From Nitrospirota bacterium (GTDB taxonomy: Bacteria > Nitrospirota > UBA9217): a DNA stretch of 64,000 bases. Positions 10,375-19,799 of this stretch are shown in pieces. The stretch is from the NCBI GenBank assembly GCA_963737155.1, contig CAVTRN010000002.1, positions 2,240,001-2,304,000 on the forward strand, in the 5' to 3' direction. A program made the position numbers and the translations under genes. A model generated the notes under the pieces. It did no database searches. It worked only from the letters and a program-made list of their open reading frames with translations, and was not told the origin of the DNA. Positions within the stretch are counted from its first letter, which is position 1. Each line of letters opens with the position of its first letter.

Positions 10375-10483
10375 ATAACTCCTAAAAGAAAGGAGCCAGG
10401 AGACGGAATTAGGCGGTCACAATTAAGAAAACCGCCATCCATCAACCCCGACTCCAGCTCCTTGAATTCCTACTTGCGTTTTA

Positions 10484-11791
10484 TCAGCAGGTTTTTTCCA
10501 GATTAATTCCGTAAGTGTTCCACTTGCCGCAGTTCGGACAACGTCCTGACCAGTCGGTTGTTCTCATCTCGCAGTTTGAGCACACATAGGGGATAATGAT
10601 TTGTTTCTTGAAACCCAGGGCTTTTTTAAATTCCGACGCCGCCAGACCAAGGGATCCTCTCCTTAGGTAAATATTCCCGAGGAGTTTGTGCATGTCGGGC
10701 AACTCTTTATCGCCCCAGTCTACCGTGGAAAGTATGTCAAAGGCTTCATCAACCATCTCAAGGCGATAGTAAAGCTTCCCCATAAAAAACTTGAGCCTGT
10801 TATCCTGGGGTGTCCAAGTCACGGCTTGTGAATAAATTTCGATTGCCTTTCCTGGTTCGCCCTGTTTGAGATACAGGTCTTCCAGACGAAGTAGCAGCAG
10901 CGTCGACGACGTCATCTTATAGGCTTTTTCCCACAGTTCGGCGGCGTCCCGTACCTTGCTTTCCTCGAGATAAACCTCTCCCAATCCCAAGTAGGCCGGA
11001 ATGAAATCCCTATCGAGTTTCAGCACACCGCGGAATATCTTCTTCGCCCGTTCGAGATCGCCCGCTTCAAGGAGGGACCTCCCGAATTCGTATTTTAAAC
11101 CGACGAGGCGCCGGTGTTCAATTTCCTGTTCCTGAGGTGTAAGGGGATTAGCAACGAGCTTGCGCTGTGTTTCATACAACTCCTCCCAGTGATTGAGCCG
11201 ATGGTAGAGATCGCGCATCCTGATGAGCGCCGTTAAATTAGAAGAATCCTTGGACAGAATTTTCTGATACATGGCAAGGGCGTCATCAAAGCGTCTTGAT
11301 TCCTCATAATCGGCTGCCAGCGAGAACATGACTTCTTGATTATCGGAATCTAGGCCAAGTGCTTTCTGATGGATCAAGATGGCTTCCTGCGGGTTCTTCT
11401 CGCGCAGTTTGCTGATTCCCAGGCGAAGAAGTGTGTCTACATGGTTTGGATCTACGGCGAGTACCTTCCGGAAGTAACTGGCGGCTTCAGGATTGCGTTT
11501 TGCGAGCATTGAGTTCAACCCCTTGGTATAGAGCTCTTGGACTTTTAGACGCTTTTTCTGCTCACGCTGAACCCTGAGCCCGCGCAGGAACCGCTTGACA
11601 TCGCGCATGAAATATATGATAAAAACGAAAGCAGCGCCGATCGAGAGTGAAAGAAGGAAAAAGGTGGATTTGGTGAGTTCATAGGACTTCGACGGAAGAA
11701 AGTTGATGATGATTGTCCCCGAATTGAACTCCCGAACGGCGAAAATCAGGAGCAGGAGAACTACCAGCATCATGGAGTAGACAAATCTCAT
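10484..11791 (-). CDS. lapB: LapB/YciM-like TPR protein with C-terminal rubredoxin-type Zn site and LapA-like N-terminal TMs
   Basis: Two N-terminal TMs, TPR repeats, YVCSNC..WSGRCPNCGKWNT. Confidence 0.75.
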   Translation of the reverse strand: MRFVYSMMLVVLLLLIFAVREFNSGTIIINFLPSKSYELTKSTFFLLSLSIGAAFVFIIYFMRDVKRFLRGLRVQREQKKRLKVQELYTKGLNSMLAKRNPEAASYFRKVLAVDPNHVDTLLRLGISKLREKNPQEAILIHQKALGLDSDNQEVMFSLAADYEESRRFDDALAMYQKILSKDSSNLTALIRMRDLYHRLNHWEELYETQRKLVANPLTPQEQEIEHRRLVGLKYEFGRSLLEAGDLERAKKIFRGVLKLDRDFIPAYLGLGEVYLEESKVRDAAELWEKAYKMTSSTLLLLRLEDLYLKQGEPGKAIEIYSQAVTWTPQDNRLKFFMGKLYYRLEMVDEAFDILSTVDWGDKELPDMHKLLGNIYLRRGSLGLAASEFKKALGFKKQIIIPYVCSNCEMRTTDWSGRCPNCGKWNTYGINLEKTC

Positions 11792-11850
11792 CCGTGGTCC
11801 TTTATCCGAAAGCAGTTCAACCGGATTAACCGGTTTATCAAGCTGTTTTC

Positions 11851-12321
11851 TTAGTAGTGATACGTTTTGCCTTTGATGATCGTGAAAGCCCGGTAAATCT
11901 GTTCGAGAAGAACCAGCCTAGCCATCTCATGGGTGAATGTCCAACGGGACATTGCAATCACTTTGTCCGCCTTATCGGTTATGCTTTCGTCGAGACCCAT
12001 CGCCCCGCCCAAAACAAATGTCGTTTCCCTGATGCCGGACTCAATCCGGTCGTTTAAGAAATAGGCAAAATCATGGGACGTGAGTTCCCGTCCTCTTTCG
12101 TCTAGTGCGGCAAGAAATGCTCCCGAAGGCATTGCTTTGAATATCTTCTCCGCCTCCCGCTTTCTGATAATCGGCGCATCCTTGAGATCGTGAATTTTTT
12201 CTTCCCTGAGTTCCTTGACCTCTATGTCGACGTACGGTTTAAGATACCTGAGATACTTCGCTATTCCTTCCTGAATGAACCGTTCTCGCGTTTTCCCTAG
12301 GCAAATCACGACCAGATTCAT
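11851..12321 (-). CDS. rlmH: 23S rRNA pseudouridine-1915 methyltransferase
   Basis: LDERG, GGAMG, TFTHEMARLVLLEQIYRA. Confidence 0.95.
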   Translation of the reverse strand: MNLVVICLGKTRERFIQEGIAKYLRYLKPYVDIEVKELREEKIHDLKDAPIIRKREAEKIFKAMPSGAFLAALDERGRELTSHDFAYFLNDRIESGIRETTFVLGGAMGLDESITDKADKVIAMSRWTFTHEMARLVLLEQIYRAFTIIKGKTYHY

Positions 12322-12695
12322 GACGAAGCGCCCTGGAGTTCCCGCGGCCGTGGAATGCCGGGAATGCGTGGAGCATCGCTCCAGAGCTTTTCGAGACTGT
12401 AATATAGACGCGTCTGCTCATCGAAAATATGAACCACCACATCGCCGAAGTCCATAAGCACCCAGCTCGATTCGGCACCCCCTTCCACATGAGAAGGATG
12501 TTCGCCTGCCTGAGCCAAGATATGGCCTATCCAGTCGGCTATGGCGGACACTTGGGTCGTATTTGACCCCGAACAGATGACGAAGTAATCTGTTATATAC
12601 GTGAGTCGCCGCAGATCGAGTATCTGGATATCGAACGCCTTTTTGCTATCCGCTGCATCCGCGCAAAGCTGCGCTGATTCTAAAGAATTAAGCAT
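12318..12695 (-). CDS. rsfS: Ribosome silencing factor
   Basis: KKAFDI, DYFVICSG, WVLMDFGDVVVHIF, YSLEKLW. Confidence 0.95.
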   Translation of the reverse strand: MLNSLESAQLCADAADSKKAFDIQILDLRRLTYITDYFVICSGSNTTQVSAIADWIGHILAQAGEHPSHVEGGAESSWVLMDFGDVVVHIFDEQTRLYYSLEKLWSDAPRIPGIPRPRELQGASS

Positions 12696-13347
12696 AGAGT
12701 TTATTTTTAATTATATAGGTTTCAACCGCATCAGGCAAGAGATATTTGATACTTCTGTTCTCCCTTATCCTCCTGCGAATGTCCGTTGACGAGATATCGT
12801 AAAGAGGAATCATTTCCAGGAAAACCGCAAACTCGCCTGAACGTACAACTGCCCGCGTGCTGAAGCCTCGATCCAAAGCCGCAAGTTCTTTTTCTGCGGA
12901 TTTCATAAAGTTTATCCGGGATAGATCTTGAAAGCGGTAACCAGGCCGCGAGAGAACTACAAAACCACACAGGGTCAAGAGCTTTTCCCATCGATTCCAA
13001 GTCTGGATTTCAAGGAAGGAATCAAGGCCGGTAATGAAATACAACTCCGCTTCTTGCCGGGTATGGCGCAACGCTTCTATTGTATCAATGGTATAAGACC
13101 TGCCGCCGCGGATGATCTCAATATCCGACAACTCAAACATCGGATTGCCTGCAATCGCTAGACGTACCATATCCATCCGATGGACAAAAGACGGGAAGTC
13201 CTCTTCCTCTTTGTGTGGAGGAATAAAGGACGGTACGAACAATACACGCTCAAGTCCCAACCGGTTGCTGACTTCCTCCGCTGCCGCGAGGTGACCGTAG
13301 TGGACCGGATTGAATGTACCGCCGAGGATGCCAAGTTTCAATGACAA
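12688..13347 (-). CDS. nadD: Nicotinate-nucleotide adenylyltransferase
   Basis: GGTFNPVHYGH, SYTIDT, ISSTDIR. Confidence 0.95.
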   Translation of the reverse strand: MSLKLGILGGTFNPVHYGHLAAAEEVSNRLGLERVLFVPSFIPPHKEEEDFPSFVHRMDMVRLAIAGNPMFELSDIEIIRGGRSYTIDTIEALRHTRQEAELYFITGLDSFLEIQTWNRWEKLLTLCGFVVLSRPGYRFQDLSRINFMKSAEKELAALDRGFSTRAVVRSGEFAVFLEMIPLYDISSTDIRRRIRENRSIKYLLPDAVETYIIKNKLYA

Positions 13348-13587
13348 ATAATCTCCGGTTTTTTAAAGATCTCGAGTTTATAGAGTCCGTCGAGCGCATA
13401 GAGTTAAACAAGAATACCCACGGCATACACCCGTGGCACTTATCAAGACCTAACTTCAACTACCCTTATCTACTTTTCGTGAATTTCCACATATCGCCTG
13501 ATTATCTCTTCATTCAATCCAACCGCGGGTTTCAGCGCGTTCTTTGATAATAAAAGGAAATCGCACATTCTTTTCAATCTCTTCAAG

Positions 13588-14844
13588 CTATCTTCTTATC
13601 TGTCCGTTTCCCAACACGATGAACTTGGTTGATGTGAGTTCCTCGAGCCCCATGGGCCCCCGAGCGTGGATCCTTGTGGTCGATATTCCGATCTCGGCAC
13701 CCAGACCGAATTCGAAGCCGTCATTTAGCCGTGTCGATGCGTTTACGAAAACTGCGGACGCATCTACTTCCCGCAGAAAACGCCGTGCGTTCTGGTAGTC
13801 ATTCGTAACTATGGCCTCTGAGTGCTGTGATCCGTGCATAACAATGTGCTCCATGGCATCTTCCATACTAATAACAATTTTGACGTTCAGGATCAAGTCA
13901 TTATATTCAGTGCCCCAATCCCTGTCCGTTGCGTCCTTGACATCGGGAACAACGGCTTTGGTTTTCATGCAGCCGCGAATCTCGACACCCGACTTCCGAA
14001 GCATCGCAATAACTGCCGGCAAAAACACCGCTGCAATATCCTTATGCACGAGCATGGTCTCCATTGCATTGCACGTCCCGGGCCTTTGTACCTTTGCGTT
14101 AAAACAGATTTTTTCCGCCATTGCAAGATCCGCCTTGCTGTCGACGTAGACATGACAGATGCCCTTGTCATGTTTGATCACGGGAATGGTCGAATTTTCC
14201 GATACCATGCGAATCAGTCCTTCGCCGCCGCGGGGAATAATGAGATCAACGAATTGGTTCAGTTTCAGCATCTCCATGACACATGCCCGGTCTGGGTTTT
14301 CAATGAAGGTTATTGCCCCATCAGGTATTCCTGCTTCCGCGCCGGATTTCGAAAGCACATCAATAATAGCATTGTTGGAGTGGACAGCTTCGGATCCGCC
14401 TCTCAACAGTACACCGTTGCCTGATTTGAGGCAGAGCGCTGCCGAGTCCACTGTCACGTTGGGACGAGATTCATATATAATGCCAATGAGGCCGATGGGC
14501 ACCCGCATCCTGCCTATCTCCATGCCGTTCGGGCGTCGCCACATCCGGAGCACTTCGCCGACTGGGTCTGGCAGGGCAGCGACCTCCCGCAATCCATCAG
14601 ACATGGCTTTGATCCTGTCATGGGTCAGGGTCAGTCGGTCCATCATGGCTTTGGACAGATTTTTCTTCTCCGCTTCCATCAGGTCTTCGCGGTTTTCCGA
14701 GATAAGTCTGGCAGCTTCTTTTTCAAGCCCAGATGCCATCTTGAAAAGCGCATTGTTTTTAATTTCCGTCGAGATATTTGCAAGATTCCTCGACGCGGCC
14801 TTCGCCTTTTTTGCCTTCTCTGAAACATACTGTTTTATGTCCAA
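13588..14844 (-). CDS. proA: Gamma-glutamyl phosphate reductase
   Basis: IYESRPNVT, QRPGTCNAMET, GAEIGIST..HARGPMGL. Confidence 0.97.
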   Translation of the reverse strand: MDIKQYVSEKAKKAKAASRNLANISTEIKNNALFKMASGLEKEAARLISENREDLMEAEKKNLSKAMMDRLTLTHDRIKAMSDGLREVAALPDPVGEVLRMWRRPNGMEIGRMRVPIGLIGIIYESRPNVTVDSAALCLKSGNGVLLRGGSEAVHSNNAIIDVLSKSGAEAGIPDGAITFIENPDRACVMEMLKLNQFVDLIIPRGGEGLIRMVSENSTIPVIKHDKGICHVYVDSKADLAMAEKICFNAKVQRPGTCNAMETMLVHKDIAAVFLPAVIAMLRKSGVEIRGCMKTKAVVPDVKDATDRDWGTEYNDLILNVKIVISMEDAMEHIVMHGSQHSEAIVTNDYQNARRFLREVDASAVFVNASTRLNDGFEFGLGAEIGISTTRIHARGPMGLEELTSTKFIVLGNGQIRR

Positions 14845-14875
14845 CGTCCCCTCCCCTCATTGTCGGCCGATTATT

Positions 14876-15382
14876 TCACCGAGCAATCCTATCCGAACTG
14901 TCTGTAAGCTTCTTCTCATTTTCTATTTCACCGTAAATAACGCTTTTCACGTTTCCATCTGATCCGACAAAGAACGTAACCGGGAGGAACAAGACTCCGT
15001 ATTTCTCGCTAACCACGCCGTTGAGATCACTCAACACGAGAGGCTTTTTCACCTTCAGGTCACCCAACAGCGCCTCTATGGTCTTTTTATCTTCCTTGAC
15101 ATTTATGATGACGACCTTTATCCCTTTTCTGTTCAACTCATCGGTCAGGGAATTTATGAGCGGGAGTTCGTTCCTGCACGACATACACCACGAAGCAAAA
15201 AAACTCAGCATCACTCCCTGGACAGGCTCTTTCCTTGTCGAGCCTACAAAGTCGGCAAGATTGAAATCCTTTCCCACTTGGTCCTTGAGGGAAAACAGCG
15301 GTGCAGATTCATCCACCCTGATCCCAGCAAATGCGGGAGCAGTAATCAAATAAAGTCCCATCACGATGATGAATTTTTTCAT
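14876..15382 (-). CDS. TlpA/ResA-family thiol-disulfide oxidoreductase
   Basis: Signal peptide, FFASWCMSCRNELP, LPVTFFV. Confidence 0.85.
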   Translation of the reverse strand: MKKFIIVMGLYLITAPAFAGIRVDESAPLFSLKDQVGKDFNLADFVGSTRKEPVQGVMLSFFASWCMSCRNELPLINSLTDELNRKGIKVVIINVKEDKKTIEALLGDLKVKKPLVLSDLNGVVSEKYGVLFLPVTFFVGSDGNVKSVIYGEIENEKKLTDSSDRIAR

Positions 15383-15408
15383 GCGAAATTATCGTCCTTC
15401 CCGATCAA

Positions 15409-16563
15409 TCAGAGTATTACCAGATCGTCCCGGTGAATTACTTCGTCGTAATCTTTGTGGCCGAGCACGGAGGCGATCTGCGCTGTTTTGAGGCCTTGAA
15501 TGCGCTCCAGGTCTGACGAGGAATATTTTACCAGCCCTCGTGCGAACGCGTTACCGTGGCGGTCAACACAGGTCACACAGTCTCCGATTTTAAAATTTCC
15601 TTCCACCTTTATAATTCCACCGGGTAGCAAACTTTTGCCCTTGTTCACCAAAGCCTCGCGGCCGCCATCGTCTATAACAATTCTTCCCTTTGTGGAAACC
15701 GTATAAGCAATCCAATGCTTGCGACTCTCCTGCCTTTCCTGACGAGGCAAAAACAGGGTGCCAACTTCTTCCCCCTCGAAAAGCCTTTGAAGGATGCCGG
15801 CTCTTTTCCCGTTCACGATAACCATGGGTACGCCATAGGCCGCCACTTTCTTTGCCGTCAAAAGTTTGGAGCGCATGCCGCCCGTCCCCGTCGTCGTATG
15901 TGCGTCTCCTGCACCACGTTCCACTTCAGCAGTTATCTTTTCTACAAGAGGAATCAGGGTGGCCGAAGGGTCCATTTTCGGGTCGGCGGTGTAAAGGCCG
16001 TCTATGTCGGAAAGGATGATAAGCAAAGCGGCGTCTGCCAAGTGAACCACCATACCAGAGAGGTTGTCGTTGTCGCCGAATTTTATTTCATCGACCGAAA
16101 CAGTGTCGTTTTCGTTGATAATGGGAATGACACCATAGTCCAGCAACGTCTGTATGGTGTTCCGCGCGTTCAAAAAACGGGTGCGGTTTGACAGGTCTTC
16201 ACGTGTTAGCAACACTTGGGCAACTTTCAGTCCATGGGATGAAAAGGTTTTCTCGTAGGCCCACATAAGGCCTGATTGGCCTATGGCTGCCGACGCCTGT
16301 TTGAGCGAGAGTGGCATGTTTTTTGTTTTCTTCAGCCCCAGCTTCGCGAGCCCCGCTGCAATTGCGCCAGAGGACACCAAAATGATCTCAACCCCACGGC
16401 TCATGATAGACGCCATGTCGGAGACAAGCCGCTCAATGCGGCCGTGATCCAACCCCTGCCCTGAATCGGTCAGCACGGCGCTTCCGACCTTGATAACGAT
16501 TCGGCGAGGCTTTTCAAAAATTGTACTCCGATAGTTATTGCTGATTTTCTGCTTAGCACCCAT
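15409..16563 (-). CDS. proB: Glutamate 5-kinase
   Basis: VIKVGS, SSGAI, NENDTV, FGDND, GTGGM, C-terminal PUA domain. Confidence 0.97.
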   Translation of the reverse strand: MGAKQKISNNYRSTIFEKPRRIVIKVGSAVLTDSGQGLDHGRIERLVSDMASIMSRGVEIILVSSGAIAAGLAKLGLKKTKNMPLSLKQASAAIGQSGLMWAYEKTFSSHGLKVAQVLLTREDLSNRTRFLNARNTIQTLLDYGVIPIINENDTVSVDEIKFGDNDNLSGMVVHLADAALLIILSDIDGLYTADPKMDPSATLIPLVEKITAEVERGAGDAHTTTGTGGMRSKLLTAKKVAAYGVPMVIVNGKRAGILQRLFEGEEVGTLFLPRQERQESRKHWIAYTVSTKGRIVIDDGGREALVNKGKSLLPGGIIKVEGNFKIGDCVTCVDRHGNAFARGLVKYSSSDLERIQGLKTAQIASVLGHKDYDEVIHRDDLVIL

Positions 16564-16616
16564 GAATTTTCAAAGCCCTACCTATTCACCCCGGCTGAAG
16601 TCTCCTTTTTCCATTG

Positions 16617-17681
16617 TTAATCCAGTTCCCTGACAGCCGCCTCCCGACTGTTGCCTCCCGGCCCCGTTTCTTTTGCCTCTCTCTCCTGCTCGACCTTGCC
16701 CGCAAGAAATCTGAGAAGTTCTTCAAGCCCTTCACCGGTAACGGCTGAGATAGGGAAAATATGGAATCCGTTTTGATGACAGTATACAGTCATCTCATCG
16801 AGTTGCGCCGCATCGCTAGCATCGACCTTGGTAGCCGCCACGGCCATAAATTTTTTCAACAGCGCTTCATTATAAAGTTCCAGCTCTTTGTTAACTTTCT
16901 TAAAATTCTCCACAGGATCACCGGGCACCATGCCTGAGACATCCACCAGGTGAAGAAGGATTGAAGTTCGTTCCACGTGTCGCAGGAATTCAAAACCAAG
17001 ACCAGCGCCCTTATGGGCGTTCTCTATCAATCCGGGGATATCGGCTACAACGAAACTTCGCCTCCCCTCGGGTTTAACAACCCCAAGAACGGGCGACAAG
17101 GTAGTAAAAGGGTAATCGGCGATCTTCGGCTTGGCTGCAGAAATGCGCGAAATAAGCGTCGACTTTCCCGCATTGGGAAGTCCGACAAGCCCCACATCTG
17201 CCAGAAGCTTGAGTTCTAGATACAACCACTGTTCCTCGCCGTCCTCACCCGGTTGGGCATGACGGGGCGCCTGATTAGTAGCCGATTTGAAGAAGGCATT
17301 CCCCTTGCCTCCCCTACCTCCCCAGGCTATGACGTATTCTTTTCCCTCTTCATCCATGTCCACGATAAGCGATCGCGTCTCGGAATCGTTTACGATTGTG
17401 CCAACGGGAACGCGTATTACGGTTTCTTTGCCGTCGGCGCCCGATTGCTCTTTGCCACGGCCCTGTTCGCCCTTTTCAGCTAGGTACTGCTGCTGATACT
17501 GGAGATCGATCAGCGTTCCAAGCTGCTTGTCAGCCTTGATGACGACATCCCCACCCTTGCCGCCATTGCCGCCGTTCGGTCCGCCTCTCGGTACATAAGC
17601 TTCACGACGGAAACTTACGCATCCCGCGCCTCCATGGCCTGCTTTTACATATATTTTTACTCTGTCTATAAAGTTGGACAT
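16617..17681 (-). CDS. obgE: GTPase Obg/CgtA
   Basis: FIDRVKI..GGAGCVSFRRE, GLPNAGKST, YPFTT, DIPG; likely start MSNFID at 17681. Confidence 0.96.
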   Translation of the reverse strand: MSNFIDRVKIYVKAGHGGAGCVSFRREAYVPRGGPNGGNGGKGGDVVIKADKQLGTLIDLQYQQQYLAEKGEQGRGKEQSGADGKETVIRVPVGTIVNDSETRSLIVDMDEEGKEYVIAWGGRGGKGNAFFKSATNQAPRHAQPGEDGEEQWLYLELKLLADVGLVGLPNAGKSTLISRISAAKPKIADYPFTTLSPVLGVVKPEGRRSFVVADIPGLIENAHKGAGLGFEFLRHVERTSILLHLVDVSGMVPGDPVENFKKVNKELELYNEALLKKFMAVAATKVDASDAAQLDEMTVYCHQNGFHIFPISAVTGEGLEELLRFLAGKVEQEREAKETGPGGNSREAAVRELD

Positions 17682-17908
17682 CTGATATTTAAATCCCTTT
17701 CGCACAAATTCCCCTCTATTGCAAAAGGGTAATTTGAATAATGTTTTCAATGAAATATACAGTTCTATTCTTGAAAATGCAAGCTGGAAAAGATTATATA
17801 GGACTGTTCTGAATGTTGGCCCTCTCCGACAGAGAGAGACTTAATAACGTAAGTATCACGCACTGAGCTGATATACGGATCCCGCAATTCGTCTGGATAT
17901 GATGAGAG

Positions 17909-18316
17909 TAGAAATCCGCCCCGGCCTTAAGGGCCGAGGTTTCCAACAACAGAGGCTCTCGCTCGCCCTTACTGTGTTGCTCCCTGTTTGACACCGCATT
18001 ATGGCTCCGTTCGAAAATACCAGGCCGCCCAGATAATGCCCTGACCTTGACAATACCTTTTGCTGCCTTTTCGTCGGCGTTAACCACATAACCGCATTCT
18101 GCACAACAGAACTACTCTTGATACGGTCGATTTTCCTGAGGGATATGCCCGCATTGAGAGCACTTTTGCAAGAATACGCTGGTGGCACAAAGATGGCCTG
18201 CCCCCCACGTCACGCCTGCCTATACTGAATCTGGCGCTTGAACTCTCCCCAACCCTGATCCAAAGATAACCTTGTCAATGCCTAAGAGAAGGGGTTTTTA
18301 CGGCGCGAATGATGAA
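17909..18316 (-). mobile_element. Internally deleted IS200/IS605 element: left end, tnpB 3' pseudogene, right-end hairpin
   Basis: Manual translation LDQGWGEFKRQIQYRQA*RGGQAIFVPPAYS / QKCSQCGH..ENRPYQE*FCCAECGYVVNADEKAAKGI. Right end CCTCGGCCCTTAAGGCCGGGGCGGATTTCTA; left end GCGCCGTAAAAACCCC. Confidence 0.85.
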
Positions 18317-18406
18317 CAGTCCGATGAAAATGATTTCAGCATTCGTCCCCAAGCTTTATTTATCCCACGCAGCTCTCTTCAGATTTGCGTTTTGGATAAT
18401 CCAGGC

Positions 18407-19792
18407 TCACTCGCCACCTTTTTCTTCCAATTGATAGTCCTTGATTTTCGTGAGAAGGGTCTTGTAGCTCACCTGCAGAATTTCGGCGGCGCGAGATTTG
18501 TTGCCGCTGGTCTGTTTTAAAGCCTGCTTGATGCGGCGCGATTCCGCTATACGGGTGGCAGCCTCAGCCACCGCAAAGAGCGGGCCATCCATCGGCACAT
18601 TTTCCGCGAGAGCATCAACAATACTCGACTCGCTGATGCCGAGATCCTGAGGCCGGATACAACCGCCGTCGGCATAGATAACGGACCGTTCAATCACATT
18701 TTCGAGCTCCCGCACGTTTCCTCTCCATGGCGATTTCATCAATATATCCATGGCATCGTTGGAAATCGTGAGTGGGCCCTTTCGAACCTCTGCTGAATAC
18801 TTGTTTAAAAAATTTCGGGCAAGTGCGGGAATATCCTCCCGCCGGTCCCTGAGGGGTGGAATAGTAATAGGAAAAACGTTAAGGCGATAAAACAGATCTT
18901 CGCGGAATAGTTTTGCGGCAACTGCTTTTTCCATGTTTTTGTTCGTGGCGGCTACGACCCGAACATCGATCTTGATCGGTTTGCCTCCCCCCACCCTCTC
19001 GATCACCTGTTCTTGAAGTACGCGTAGCACCTTCGCCTGTAAAGACAAATCCATGTCTCCAATTTCGTCTAGGAATACGGTGCCTTTGTCGGCAAGTTCG
19101 AGCTTGCCCAGCTTCCGTGCGTCGGCTCCTGTAAATGCTCCCCGTTCGTATCCAAAAAGTTCGCTTTCGAGCAGTTCTTTCGGGATTGCGGCGGAATTGA
19201 TCGCGATGAAGGGCGATTCTTTTCGCTGGCTCAAGTAATGGATTGCCCGGGCAAACAGTTCCTTGCCTGTTCCGCTTTCCCCGTAAATCAGCACAGTCGC
19301 ATTCGTCGGGGAGACCTTATGGATCTTCGATGTAATTTCCTGCATCTGGCTGCTCTTGCCGATGATTTTGGGCATTCCCAGTTTCTCCGCAAATTCCTCC
19401 CTGAGTAGTATGTTTTCAGTGGCAAGGCGTGTCGTATCGAGCGCCCGCTGAATAAGTACGAGCAGATGGTCCGTATCAAACGGCTTGGTCAGAAAATCCC
19501 AAGCCCCTTCCTTTACGGCCTTGACGGCAGTCTCGATCGTGCCGAAGGCCGTCATCACAATAACGGGCAGCAGGGGATTTTCCTGTTTTACGTTCCTTAG
19601 CACCTCAAAACCATCTTTTTTCGGTAATTTGATGTCCGTCAGCACCAGTCCGATGCGCTCGTCGGTAAGCTTCTTGATTCCCTCGGCCCCGTCCTTGGCC
19701 GGGATAACCTGATAACCTGCGCTCTCGAGAGTCTCTTTCAACATGTCGAGCATGCTTGCCTTATCTTCAATAACGAGTATCCTATCGGCCAT
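18407..19792 (-). CDS. Sigma54-dependent response regulator (NtrC family, possibly PilR-like)
   Basis: REC domain, GESGTGKE, GAFTGA, Fis-type HTH; in an operon with a kinase and pilD. Confidence 0.92.
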   Translation of the reverse strand: MADRILVIEDKASMLDMLKETLESAGYQVIPAKDGAEGIKKLTDERIGLVLTDIKLPKKDGFEVLRNVKQENPLLPVIVMTAFGTIETAVKAVKEGAWDFLTKPFDTDHLLVLIQRALDTTRLATENILLREEFAEKLGMPKIIGKSSQMQEITSKIHKVSPTNATVLIYGESGTGKELFARAIHYLSQRKESPFIAINSAAIPKELLESELFGYERGAFTGADARKLGKLELADKGTVFLDEIGDMDLSLQAKVLRVLQEQVIERVGGGKPIKIDVRVVAATNKNMEKAVAAKLFREDLFYRLNVFPITIPPLRDRREDIPALARNFLNKYSAEVRKGPLTISNDAMDILMKSPWRGNVRELENVIERSVIYADGGCIRPQDLGISESSIVDALAENVPMDGPLFAVAEAATRIAESRRIKQALKQTSGNKSRAAEILQVSYKTLLTKIKDYQLEEKGGE

Positions 19793-19799
19793 GATTTTT

